Below, in pieces: positions 19,494-28,363 of a DNA stretch of 56,175 bases. Each line of letters starts with the position of its first letter. The first letter of the stretch is position 1. The position numbers and the translations under genes are program-made. The stretch lies in NCBI GenBank assembly GCA_037969255.1, contig JBBKXB010000066.1, positions 1-56,175 of the forward strand. The letters run 5' to 3'. The notes beneath the pieces were generated by a model that was given only the letters and a program-made list of their open reading frames with translations, had not been told where the DNA came from and did no database searches. This DNA comes from Bdellovibrionales bacterium (GTDB lineage Bacteria > Pseudomonadota > Alphaproteobacteria > Micavibrionales > JBBKXB01).

Positions 19494-20507
19494 ATGTCAC
19501 GCACGTCATGTCTTGCTCTTATTCCCGCGCTTCTATTGGGATTATTCTTCTACAGCCCTGATTCGTACGCTCAAGGTGGGCCCGTTAACAATAACCCTGT
19601 GGTTGAGCAAGGTGAGTCTGAGGTTACTGCCCCGCCAAGCGAGGCCACACCACTTGATAATAGTGTCGAACAGGCCGAGGCTGTACGCGCTGTCCAAGAA
19701 GCCGTAGCGATTGCAAAACAAAACGTAAAAGCCAACATTGTGGCTGTCGCGCCCGCATTACCGCCCACCATCCAAGCGCTCGTAAACAGTGGCGCACGCG
19801 TTGAATATCTTGGTCGTCATCAAGAATTTGATGGCTGGATCATTCTTAATAATGGCGCACCGTCATACGTTTATATGAGCCCTGATGGCAAATCTATTTT
19901 CCGCGGATTCCTTTTTGATGATCAAGGCAACGCCGTTACGTTGACCCAAGTGGCCGAGGCGCAAATCCGTAACCCTGAGTTTTTTGGTATCGACCCTGAC
20001 ACGATTGAGTCTGCTGTTGAAAAAGATGTGGCGCGCGGCGCTGGTAAAACGCTTTATGATGCATTGTCCGTGAGCAATTACTTTACCATGGGTGATCCAA
20101 GTGACACCGCGCGGGTTTTATATATATTCGTTGATCCTGATTGTCCGCATTGTAAGCGATTCATTCGTGACGCATATCCGAAATATCTTGAGAACAATCA
20201 AATTCAACTGCGTGTAATCCCAATAGGTATTTTAACCGATGAGTCGGCGGCGCGAGCTGCTACGCTTTTGGAAAGCCAAGACCCTGCGACACTCATGCGC
20301 GATCATGCGTTTGATACGGCTAAAATTGAAGCCGATAATACGCTTTCTCTTGAGGCGCAAAGTTTAAATGTAAATCTCTTTACACTATGGCAATTTGGTG
20401 GCACACCGATACTTGTGTTCAAAGATAAGCAAGGCGAAATTCAAATGGTTCGGGGCACACCTAATGATTTGGACGCCACTATAAATCTGATTGGTAATGG
20501 ATCATAA
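19494..20507 (+). CDS. DsbC/DsbG-like thiol:disulfide isomerase (IncI TrbB-like)
   Basis: Start ATG 19494 (SD AAGGA) gives a signal peptide ending SYAQ. C-terminal thioredoxin fold with VDPDCPHCKRF. First gene of the 20-kb co-directional T4SS/pilus block. Confidence 0.7.
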   Translation: MSRTSCLALIPALLLGLFFYSPDSYAQGGPVNNNPVVEQGESEVTAPPSEATPLDNSVEQAEAVRAVQEAVAIAKQNVKANIVAVAPALPPTIQALVNSGARVEYLGRHQEFDGWIILNNGAPSYVYMSPDGKSIFRGFLFDDQGNAVTLTQVAEAQIRNPEFFGIDPDTIESAVEKDVARGAGKTLYDALSVSNYFTMGDPSDTARVLYIFVDPDCPHCKRFIRDAYPKYLENNQIQLRVIPIGILTDESAARAATLLESQDPATLMRDHAFDTAKIEADNTLSLEAQSLNVNLFTLWQFGGTPILVFKDKQGEIQMVRGTPNDLDATINLIGNGS

Positions 20508-20516
20508 GATAATCAT

Positions 20517-21455
20517 ATGAGTGAAGTTTTAAAACGAGCTAAATTAATGGCGCGCATTGCGCCCTCCTTGCTCTCCGCGATCTTGCATAATCATAATGAC
20601 ATTGATGATGCGCAAATCCTCGGTCAGCATTTTTCCAAAGACATTAATCATATGCTCCCACTCGCGCAAATTTTGGTCGACGCGCTCAAGCCTGAAACCG
20701 AGGAAGAGCACAACGATATCAATGCGCTTGTGGCACCCGTGGCCGCGCAGTTATTGGCGCGTAATTACGGATTGTTTAGCTCTGATGAACCGGGCGATAT
20801 TGTACGATTGCTAAAACCTTCTATTAATGTCCTTGTGTCTTATTGCGACAAAATGGCGAGCGATCCTATTTTCAATGACATGCGCAACCCTGTGTCGCGC
20901 GGCCTTATTGCCTTTGCACCAGTGACCGCCTGTTTGACGCGCTATGCATTTGGCAAAAGCCCTGCCTCTCGCCTCACCAGTATTTTAGACGCATTTTCTC
21001 GCAAACAGGACGAGTTGCGCGGGTTATTACCTGACGAATTAAAACAGGATCCACATATGCGTTTTGGTATCCAAGATGCGGCGGCACAATTATTTGTAGC
21101 CCATTTTGAAAACACGCTCCAAGAAATGGACGATGATGACAACGCCAATGATGTGTTCAAAGTCCTTTTGCAAAACTGGCAGGAAAGCTTGTCTTTGTTT
21201 AATGTATTGGTAGCACACGCGGCATTTGGTGATGATGCGGGCGACAAAATGATGAAACCTAGAAAAGGTAAAAAATCTAACGCCAAACCAGAATCAGCCA
21301 AACCGGATTCAAAAGTTCGCGCCCTAAAAACTAAAGCTAAAGACGACGATGATGATGACGAAGAAGAACAAGGTGGTGGATCTGGCGGCGGTAAATCTCC
21401 AAAAGTTTCCAATCCGAATCCCATGTCATTTTTCGCCAATAAAAAAGGTATGTAA
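20517..21455 (+). CDS. hypothetical protein with acidic/Gly-rich C-terminal tail
   Basis: 312 aa, no signal peptide or TM. The tail is KTKAKDDDDDDEEEQGGGSGGGKSPKVSNPNPMSFFANKKGM. No family recognised. Confidence 0.5.
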   Translation: MSEVLKRAKLMARIAPSLLSAILHNHNDIDDAQILGQHFSKDINHMLPLAQILVDALKPETEEEHNDINALVAPVAAQLLARNYGLFSSDEPGDIVRLLKPSINVLVSYCDKMASDPIFNDMRNPVSRGLIAFAPVTACLTRYAFGKSPASRLTSILDAFSRKQDELRGLLPDELKQDPHMRFGIQDAAAQLFVAHFENTLQEMDDDDNANDVFKVLLQNWQESLSLFNVLVAHAAFGDDAGDKMMKPRKGKKSNAKPESAKPDSKVRALKTKAKDDDDDDEEEQGGGSGGGKSPKVSNPNPMSFFANKKGM

Positions 21456-21459
21456 TTAA

Positions 21460-21906
21460 ATGGCACTTACACAAACACTGGCATCATGTCTCATGCTTGC
21501 GGCTCATAATTACCAAGTACCCGCAGCGGTGCTTGTTGGAATTTATCGTGTTGAGGGTGGTAAAGTAGGACAACAGGTTGGCAATAAAAATGGCTCTTAT
21601 GATCTTGGGCCTATGCAGATTAATACGATTTGGATGAAAGAATTGGCGGGGCACTGGAACGTGCCAGAAAGCACAGCGCAACGCCTTGTCCGTGATGATG
21701 CTTGTACCAATATGGGTGTGGCGGCTTGGATTTTGCGTCAGCATCTCCAAGAAACAAAATCACTTTCACAGGCCATTGCACATTACCATTCACGCACACC
21801 ATTTAGAGGGCAATCATACCGTCAAAAAGTGCTCACAGCGATGAAACGTGATGGATTATTGACAGACACAAATCAAGCGTCGCGCACAAAAGTGGCTGAA
21901 CGATAA
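21460..21906 (+). CDS. lytic transglycosylase (SLT domain; VirB1/TrbN/R64 PilT-like)
   Basis: 148 aa. The catalytic-Glu block IYRVEGGKVG and YDLGPMQIN are typical of T4SS-associated transglycosylases. Confidence 0.8.
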   Translation: MALTQTLASCLMLAAHNYQVPAAVLVGIYRVEGGKVGQQVGNKNGSYDLGPMQINTIWMKELAGHWNVPESTAQRLVRDDACTNMGVAAWILRQHLQETKSLSQAIAHYHSRTPFRGQSYRQKVLTAMKRDGLLTDTNQASRTKVAER

Positions 21907-21987
21907 ACAAATAGGACTAAAAGGTAGATTTTTTATCCAATCTGTTTTAAAGATGGAAAGATCAAACAAGGATTAAAAATTTTGGGT

Positions 21988-22515
21988 ATGTTTAATAATA
22001 ATTTAAAGAATTTTGCTGTCATCGCCGTTACGGTTTTGGCCATTTCAGCCTGTCAGCCTCATTTAAAACGTGAGGATCCGCAAGTTGTGGTCTCGCCTGA
22101 TCGTACAGATTTAATGTTAGCGGATGCCGCCACGCGCGCGACAAAAGCGCTCGAATCGCTAGCATCCCTAGAACAAGCCAAGAACCCAAATGCGGGTGAT
22201 ATTGCGCTTCCCAATGCGCCCGTTGAGCTTCGCCGTTCAATAACGCTCAATTGGAATGGTCCTGTTGAACCCGTGGCACGTCTTTTGGCAGATCGTGCAG
22301 GTTATAAATTCCAAGCCATTGGTTCGCCGCCACCCGTTGGACTTTTGGTTCAAGTTGATGCTCGCGCCGAGCAAGTTGTATCTGTGCTGCGCTCCATCGG
22401 TCTTCAAATGGGCAATCGCGCGATTTTAAAAGTGAACCCCAATACGCGCGTCATCGAAATTCAATATGCACCAGCCAGCGCTGTGAATGTGACCAGCGAT
22501 AACGGGGTGCAATAA
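21988..22515 (+). CDS. dotD: T4BSS outer-membrane lipoprotein DotD (TraH-like)
   Basis: Lipobox LAISAC. The C-terminal N0/secretin-like domain sequence (LNWNGPVEPVARLLADRAGYKFQAIG...) resembles DotD. Position upstream of dotC-dotB. Confidence 0.7.
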   Translation: MFNNNLKNFAVIAVTVLAISACQPHLKREDPQVVVSPDRTDLMLADAATRATKALESLASLEQAKNPNAGDIALPNAPVELRRSITLNWNGPVEPVARLLADRAGYKFQAIGSPPPVGLLVQVDARAEQVVSVLRSIGLQMGNRAILKVNPNTRVIEIQYAPASAVNVTSDNGVQ

Positions 22516-22516
22516 T

Positions 22517-23407
22517 ATGCGGTTGATACGGCTTACCTTATCAATATGTGTTCTCACTGTTTTATCAGTGCCTGTTTTTGCCGCCACTGAAAATACGCCC
22601 CGCTATGAATTGGGTGATCTCAATGAGCGTCAATCGCTTTATGCCAACAGACCTATTTTACTAAAAGACCTCCAAGAAATTCAAGCGCCAAAGGGCGCGT
22701 TATTATCCAAACAAGATCCAGAAAAACTTGAGCCTCGTGCTCGCGAGCTACGCGAAAATGCCATCCGTGAAGCGGCGTTTTCCTATGGCGCAAGGGGCGC
22801 TCTTGGTGCGCGCACATGGGAAATTCGTCAGACATTATTGCAAAAAGAAAAATACCTTGATAAGGTTTATAACTTCCGCGAGCTTTTGATTCCAACGGGA
22901 TCAGGATTATTGATCGAACCACCCATTATTGGCGAGTCTCTTGAAAATTTAAAAGTTGAAAGCGATGGCCAACAAGCCGCTGTGGCCGATCGCATCTATA
23001 ATATTGGACGCGACGCAAAGATCGTCACCGCCCCGCGTAACTGGCGTGTGTACCTTGAGCGCGAATGGGGCAATTTAGAGCTTCCCCCAGCAGAACTTAT
23101 TCCTGCCAGTAATAAAGAGCGTTTGTTATGGCGTGGCTGGATCAAAGAAGGTTATGAGCAAGGTATTGGACAAGCGGACGCTGTTTTCCGCGCCGATCTT
23201 GACCGCCTCACAGCGGATTATAAAGGCATGATTCGTTATCGTGAATTATTGGCCAAAGGCATTGTGTCCGAACCCTACGCGCTTCAAATTGATCGCGGTG
23301 TTACGGGCGGGGGCAAAGAGCTTCGTATCGGCGATCGTCAACTCACCATTTCAGGGCCATCTGAGTTAAAACCAGATGCATCGCAATGGAATCCCGTAAA
23401 CCAGTAA
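22517..23407 (+). CDS. dotC: T4BSS core protein DotC (TraI-like)
   Basis: 296 aa with a signal peptide. The size and the position between dotD and dotB match DotC/TraI. Sequence recognition alone is weak. Confidence 0.6.
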   Translation: MRLIRLTLSICVLTVLSVPVFAATENTPRYELGDLNERQSLYANRPILLKDLQEIQAPKGALLSKQDPEKLEPRARELRENAIREAAFSYGARGALGARTWEIRQTLLQKEKYLDKVYNFRELLIPTGSGLLIEPPIIGESLENLKVESDGQQAAVADRIYNIGRDAKIVTAPRNWRVYLEREWGNLELPPAELIPASNKERLLWRGWIKEGYEQGIGQADAVFRADLDRLTADYKGMIRYRELLAKGIVSEPYALQIDRGVTGGGKELRIGDRQLTISGPSELKPDASQWNPVNQ

Positions 23408-24540
23408 GCCTGCTCAAAGCAGGCGATCAACTCGGGGGCACATGGCCTGATGAACCGAACCGCTTTGCCGTTGAACAAATTGATCCGTTTTTAACGTGGT
23501 GCGTGACACGCGGCGCGAGTGACATTTCCATTCAATCTGACCGTCCCGTTTACAACGACATTCATGGGCGTTTATATCCCGCCACTGTACGAAGCTTGGA
23601 TAGCGCCGACATGGCGATTTTCCTCCATCAAATATATGGCCCTGATGCGCTCGCCCGCCTTGCGAGTGGAATAGATTTAGACCTTTCTTACGAAATTCGC
23701 CCTGATCGTTACACGCGCCTGAGGTTTCGTGTGAACATCACACCCATTCAATCCAAAGGACGTGACGCCGCGCAAATCACTATGCGTTCTTTGCCGTCTT
23801 CCCCGCCCGCCATTCATGAACTTGGTATCGAGGATGAAATCATTGAAAACTGGGCACCGCGCCAAGGCATGGTGCTGGTCACAGGCCCAACAGGTTCTGG
23901 TAAATCGACATTATTGGCCTCTGGTATTCGTATGCTTTTGGAGCGCCGTCAGGGGTGCGGTAAAGTGCTCACTTACGAGGCACCGATTGAATTTACTTAC
24001 GATGAAATTAAATCACCACATTCTCTCGTGAGCCAAACCGAAATTCCCCGTCACTTGCCGACTTTTGCTCATGGCGTTCGTAATGCCTTGCGCCGTAAAC
24101 CCAATATTATTCTTGTCGGTGAGGCACGCGATAGAGAGACAATTAATGCCGCCATCGAGGCAGCACAGACGGGACATGCTGTCTATGCCACAACGCATAC
24201 AATGGGCGTGTCCGCCACCATTCGCCGTCTTGTTTCGGCTTTTGATAGTGAAGAGCGCTCGGAACGCGCCTATGCGCTAATGGAATCGCTTCGTATGATT
24301 GTCACTCAAGCGCTTGTCCCGCGTGTGGGTGGTGGGCGTATTGGTGTACGCGAATGGATGCTGTTTGATGATGTGGTGCGCGAAAAGCTTTTGGAAATGG
24401 ATTTCCAAGACTGGTCAACCGAAATACAGCGCATGATCCCCAATTACGGACAAACCATCAATGAAAGCGCTGGCAAAGTGTTTGAAGCTGGCCTTATTGA
24501 TCGCCGTGCTTACCTCACTCTCACAGGAGGAGGTAGTTAA
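23386..24540 (+). CDS. dotB: T4BSS ATPase DotB (TraJ/PilT-like hexameric ATPase)
   Basis: 384 aa. Walker A GPTGSGKST, Walker B/Asp box ILVGEARD, His box VYATTHT. 22-nt overlap with dotC. Confidence 0.85.
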   Translation: MESRKPVSLLKAGDQLGGTWPDEPNRFAVEQIDPFLTWCVTRGASDISIQSDRPVYNDIHGRLYPATVRSLDSADMAIFLHQIYGPDALARLASGIDLDLSYEIRPDRYTRLRFRVNITPIQSKGRDAAQITMRSLPSSPPAIHELGIEDEIIENWAPRQGMVLVTGPTGSGKSTLLASGIRMLLERRQGCGKVLTYEAPIEFTYDEIKSPHSLVSQTEIPRHLPTFAHGVRNALRRKPNIILVGEARDRETINAAIEAAQTGHAVYATTHTMGVSATIRRLVSAFDSEERSERAYALMESLRMIVTQALVPRVGGGRIGVREWMLFDDVVREKLLEMDFQDWSTEIQRMIPNYGQTINESAGKVFEAGLIDRRAYLTLTGGGS

Positions 24541-24542
24541 TT

Positions 24543-25226
24543 ATGACTGAGATTAAAAAGGTCTATAATCAAGATTGGACACCCAAATACATCCATTATG
24601 TAGCGGTTGTTTTGATGATGAGCATGCTTGCAAACCAATTCACGGCACTTAAATTTATTGATGTGTTTGGTTTTTCAATGATCGCATCATACCTAACCTA
24701 CCCAATATCCTTAGTTGTGTGTGATGTATTATCAGAAGTTTACGGCTTCAGACGGACGCGAAAATTACTGTATGTTTGCATGGCTTTATACGCACTTAAC
24801 GTTGCGCTCGTACAAATGGTCATTCATTTGCCGCCCGCGGCGGACTATCAAAATAATGAAATGTTTTCATCTTTATTTGGGCAATTACCACGCATTGTTT
24901 TTGCGGGTATCTTGGGTTACGCAACAGGTGAATTGCTTAATTCATACGTAATGTCACGCGTTAAGCACTGGACAGATGGTAAACATTTCTTTTTCCGCGC
25001 TTTGTTTTCTACAGGCATCTCGCAAATCTTAAATTGCATCATATTTTTTGGTATTGGTTTTTGGGGCATCATGCCAGTCTCAGCCATCCTAGAAAATGTT
25101 GCAATCGGTGTCTTTATTATTTTAGGATATGAGGCTCTAGTGCTTCCATTAACCATGCAAATTTGCAAATGGCTTAAAGCTAAAGAAGGCGTTGACCATT
25201 TCGATTTACCTAAAAAATCTGCATGA
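24543..25226 (+). CDS. yhhQ: queuosine-precursor transporter (YhhQ/VUT family)
   Basis: 227 aa polytopic protein. YPISLVVCDVLSEVYG and FFFRALFSTGISQILNCIIF blocks resemble YhhQ. SD GGAGGAGG lies inside the dotB 3' end, with a 2-nt gap. Confidence 0.72.
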   Translation: MTEIKKVYNQDWTPKYIHYVAVVLMMSMLANQFTALKFIDVFGFSMIASYLTYPISLVVCDVLSEVYGFRRTRKLLYVCMALYALNVALVQMVIHLPPAADYQNNEMFSSLFGQLPRIVFAGILGYATGELLNSYVMSRVKHWTDGKHFFFRALFSTGISQILNCIIFFGIGFWGIMPVSAILENVAIGVFIILGYEALVLPLTMQICKWLKAKEGVDHFDLPKKSA

Positions 25227-25295
25227 TTAATAATGAATGAATATCTCTTATATTTTAACACTCGAAAAATCACAGTTTTGTGATAAACTAATTAG

Positions 25296-25592
25296 ATGTC
25301 CTTAGAAGTTGTCACCTCCGAAGAATTTCACTGGCGCAATTCCATGCGCCCCGTGCGCTTTTTCGCGTTTGATGCCAAAGTCGTGGTTTTTTTAGGGCTA
25401 TTTATGGTGCATGCACGTCTTTGGACGTTTGTACTGTTTGTGCTCATGATGTTTTTGTTTTGGTTTTTGGAACGCCGTGGATTGTTGTTTAACGCCGCGC
25501 TCCGTGCCTTTAGAACTTGGTTATACGGGGCGCATCGACCTGGTTGGTTATGGTTTAGAAAACGTAAAATGATCGATTATGGCGGTTATTAA
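25296..25592 (+). CDS. icmT: T4BSS inner-membrane protein IcmT (TraK-like)
   Basis: 98 aa. WRNSMRPVRFFAFDAKVVVFL...HARLWTFVLFV matches the IcmT/TraK signature as I recall it. Confidence 0.75.
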   Translation: MSLEVVTSEEFHWRNSMRPVRFFAFDAKVVVFLGLFMVHARLWTFVLFVLMMFLFWFLERRGLLFNAALRAFRTWLYGAHRPGWLWFRKRKMIDYGGY

Positions 25593-25720
25593 TCTATAAA
25601 CCTGTTTTTATCCTTCTTTAGTGGCTTGTGATCCTGCATTTATTTCGGTAAACTTTGGTCACGAATAACAACAATGCCTTGATAACAAGGCTTATTTTGA
25701 TGAATTTATGGATGGGTCAC

Positions 25721-26752
25721 ATGTCTAAGAAGTTACTTTTCACTCTATTGCCAGTCTTGATGCTCAGTGGCACGGCGCACGCTGCCTTTGAGTGGGTGCC
25801 AACAACGCAACCTGCAACCAGCAACGCGCCTTCGATGCCATTGAACACAAATGACTTTGTGCCATTGCCTGATAAACAACCTGTGATATCAGAGTCATTA
25901 CCTGTTCCTGCTGCGCCCACGCCAATGGCAACCACAATGCCAGAACAAATGGCGATGTCGGCTGTGCCAGCAACTGCGCCTTCAATCGCTTGGAATCCAA
26001 AGCCAGAAATGGCCGCGCCTGTTGCGATGCCCCCAAAAGCACCGATGGTGATGAATGATAATCCGCAAGGTTTTGTTGAAGGGTTTGGCCGTGATATTCC
26101 CTTATCCATCGCCACCGCACAAATCGTTCCTACAGATTACGCTGTTCAATATGGCATTGGCGCAAGCCCTGATGTTCTTGTGAACTGGCAAGGGGGGCGT
26201 GATTGGAAAGCCGCCCTTACTGAGGCTGTAGCCGCGCAAAACATGACCGCCAACATTTCAGGTCAAACCGTTATTATTGAATCAAATTTACCCGTTTATG
26301 TCGCGCCATCACCTATGTTGCCACAACCAGTCCCTACCGTTGAGGCGGCGGCTGTTGCCATTCAAACAGAAACTATGCCTCCCATGGAACAACGTAGTGA
26401 TAATCAATATGCCGCGATGGATAATATGATGTTTTCACCGCTCGCACCTGTCGCCAATGACGCCAATTCTAATTTAAACAAGTCTGTTATGTGGGTCGCC
26501 CCGCGCGCCTCGACACTGCGCCAAGTGCTTACAGATTGGGCACGTGAGGCTGGTGTGCAATTACAATGGTCGGCGCAATATGATTACCCTTTAATGTCTG
26601 ATGTTCAAATCTCAGGCACATTTGAAGACGCCGTTGAAAATATTTTGGCTGGACTCGTTGATGCTCAGCCCCGCCCTGTGGCGCGCCTTCACCCTAATGA
26701 ACCAAGCGGTCCCGCTATTCTTGTCGTTGAAACCCGTTACATAATGGAGTAA
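25721..26752 (+). CDS. pilL: type IVb pilus protein PilL-like (TcpQ-type C-terminal domain)
   Basis: Start ATG 25721 gives signal peptide MSKKLLFTLLPVLMLSGTAHA. Pro/Ala/Met-rich linker. The C-terminal block WVAPRASTLRQVLTDWAREAGVQLQW...ISGTFEDAVENIL is typical of TcpQ/PilL. First gene of the pil order. Confidence 0.55.
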   Translation: MSKKLLFTLLPVLMLSGTAHAAFEWVPTTQPATSNAPSMPLNTNDFVPLPDKQPVISESLPVPAAPTPMATTMPEQMAMSAVPATAPSIAWNPKPEMAAPVAMPPKAPMVMNDNPQGFVEGFGRDIPLSIATAQIVPTDYAVQYGIGASPDVLVNWQGGRDWKAALTEAVAAQNMTANISGQTVIIESNLPVYVAPSPMLPQPVPTVEAAAVAIQTETMPPMEQRSDNQYAAMDNMMFSPLAPVANDANSNLNKSVMWVAPRASTLRQVLTDWAREAGVQLQWSAQYDYPLMSDVQISGTFEDAVENILAGLVDAQPRPVARLHPNEPSGPAILVVETRYIME

Positions 26753-26759
26753 TAAATTC

Positions 26760-28346
26760 ATGTTCGTGCGTTCTTATCTAGCCCAGTTTTTTGGAATTAT
26801 TCTTTTATCCGTAACCTTGTCCGCATGTGGCGATAGTGTTGCTATTAATGACACATTGGAAAAAACGGATCGCCAAGTGTCCGATGCCATGAGCAAGTTT
26901 GAGAAAAAAGAAGATTCGCGACGCTCACCTTTAACGGTTTCGGATCGTCCTTGGTATGGCCAAAGCGCTATCAATATTGAATCAGGCTCTCCGCTCCCAG
27001 ATCAACTCACCGCTGGTGACAGCTTAACGCTTACATTTGATGAACCGCTTACATTGCGTCAAACAGCCAATCTTATCCAATCAGTTTCTGGACTGCGCAT
27101 CATGATTAATGCGGCTGGTGGAGGCGCTGGTAATGCACCGAGCACTGAAGGCATTAACCGAGGATTTTTACCTGTAAACGGACGCCAAGTGCGTGGTGGT
27201 AAAATGATTTGGCAAGGTGCGTTAAACGATTTACTTGACCAAGTGGCTGATAATTTTGATGCAAGCTGGTCTTTTGATGGCGGCGCCATCACGATTAACG
27301 AAGAAGTCACAAAGACATTTATGTTGCATTCATTGGCCACTGTTGTATCTGAGACCAGCTCTGTTGAAGGCGGATCAACGGGATCAAGTGGTGGATCAAC
27401 GCTTCCTTCTGTAGAAACACAAGGCACAACCGAGCTTAACGTATGGGAAGAAGTGCGCGGAGTTGTCGATAGTATTGTCGATGGTCGTGGCCGTGCCACA
27501 TTCTCACCATCCACGGGCACAATCACAGTGTCTGGATCACCGAACGCCATTCAAAAAGTTGAAGATTATTTGAGATTCCAAAATGGATTGCGCTTGCGCC
27601 GTATTGCTGTATCTGTACGCGTGCTTGAACTCACAATTGGCCAGGACGTCAACACAACCGTATCAACCACGCAAATTCTTGAGCGCATCATTAACAATGC
27701 CGACATTCAATTGGCCTCTGGCACGGGTGGTTTATCAGGCACATTAGCAACTTCAGGCACATTTACTGATGGTGACATCCAAGCGGCCATTGAGGCCAGT
27801 AAAGATGTTGAGCGCGTCTCTGTTGTCCATAGTGGCGCTGTTGTAACGCTTTCTGATCAACCCGCGCCTTTACAAGTGGGTCGTCAAATTAGCTATCTTG
27901 CGCGTCGTTCCTCGACCAGTGGAACAGACACAACGGGCGGTACAGAAACGCTTGAGCCGGGCACTGTTGATGTTGGCTTGATCATGAATGTGTTACCGCG
28001 CGTTATTGAAGATGACCGTGTGATTTTACGTGTAAATGTGGCACTAACGGACACTGAAACACCGTTCCCGACATTCCCATTAGAGCCTTCATCTGATCAA
28101 ATTCAATTGCCAGAAGTTGACAGCACAGGCTTCCAACAAAACACCGTTCTTCGTAGTGGTGAGACTTTGGTGCTTGCAGGATTTGAGCGAAATGAAAGCT
28201 CGATTAATGATCTTGGTACGCCTGGTTTAAGCTTCTTGCTTGGTGGATCGCGTCAACGCACACAAAGACGTGAAGTAACGGTGATGCTCATCACGGCCAA
28301 TATCATGCCCGAAGATCCATTCACTGTATACGCCAACAACAAGTAA
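26760..28346 (+). CDS. pilN: type IVb pilus secretin lipoprotein PilN (R64 PilN family)
   Basis: Lipobox LSACG. C-terminal secretin domain (VVTLSDQPAPLQVGRQISYL..., GLIMNVLPRVI..., TVLRSGETLVLAGFE). Confidence 0.8.
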   Translation: MFVRSYLAQFFGIILLSVTLSACGDSVAINDTLEKTDRQVSDAMSKFEKKEDSRRSPLTVSDRPWYGQSAINIESGSPLPDQLTAGDSLTLTFDEPLTLRQTANLIQSVSGLRIMINAAGGGAGNAPSTEGINRGFLPVNGRQVRGGKMIWQGALNDLLDQVADNFDASWSFDGGAITINEEVTKTFMLHSLATVVSETSSVEGGSTGSSGGSTLPSVETQGTTELNVWEEVRGVVDSIVDGRGRATFSPSTGTITVSGSPNAIQKVEDYLRFQNGLRLRRIAVSVRVLELTIGQDVNTTVSTTQILERIINNADIQLASGTGGLSGTLATSGTFTDGDIQAAIEASKDVERVSVVHSGAVVTLSDQPAPLQVGRQISYLARRSSTSGTDTTGGTETLEPGTVDVGLIMNVLPRVIEDDRVILRVNVALTDTETPFPTFPLEPSSDQIQLPEVDSTGFQQNTVLRSGETLVLAGFERNESSINDLGTPGLSFLLGGSRQRTQRREVTVMLITANIMPEDPFTVYANNK

Positions 28347-28363
28347 AGGGTAACCCGCATACC

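Noticed and set aside
22274-22290. TGGCACGTCTTTTGGCA inside dotD, and TGGCACATGGATTGAG at 51967-51982 inside icmJ.
   Set aside because: The -12 GC dinucleotide is displaced or absent (TTGG, TTGA), and both sites are intragenic with no downstream start.
25622-25638. Sigma-54-like sequence TGGCTTGTGATCCTGCA upstream of pilL.
   Set aside because: The GG-to-GC spacing is one nt longer than the invariant -24/-12 spacing, and the -24 element is TGGCTT rather than TGGCAC. It is probably a chance match.
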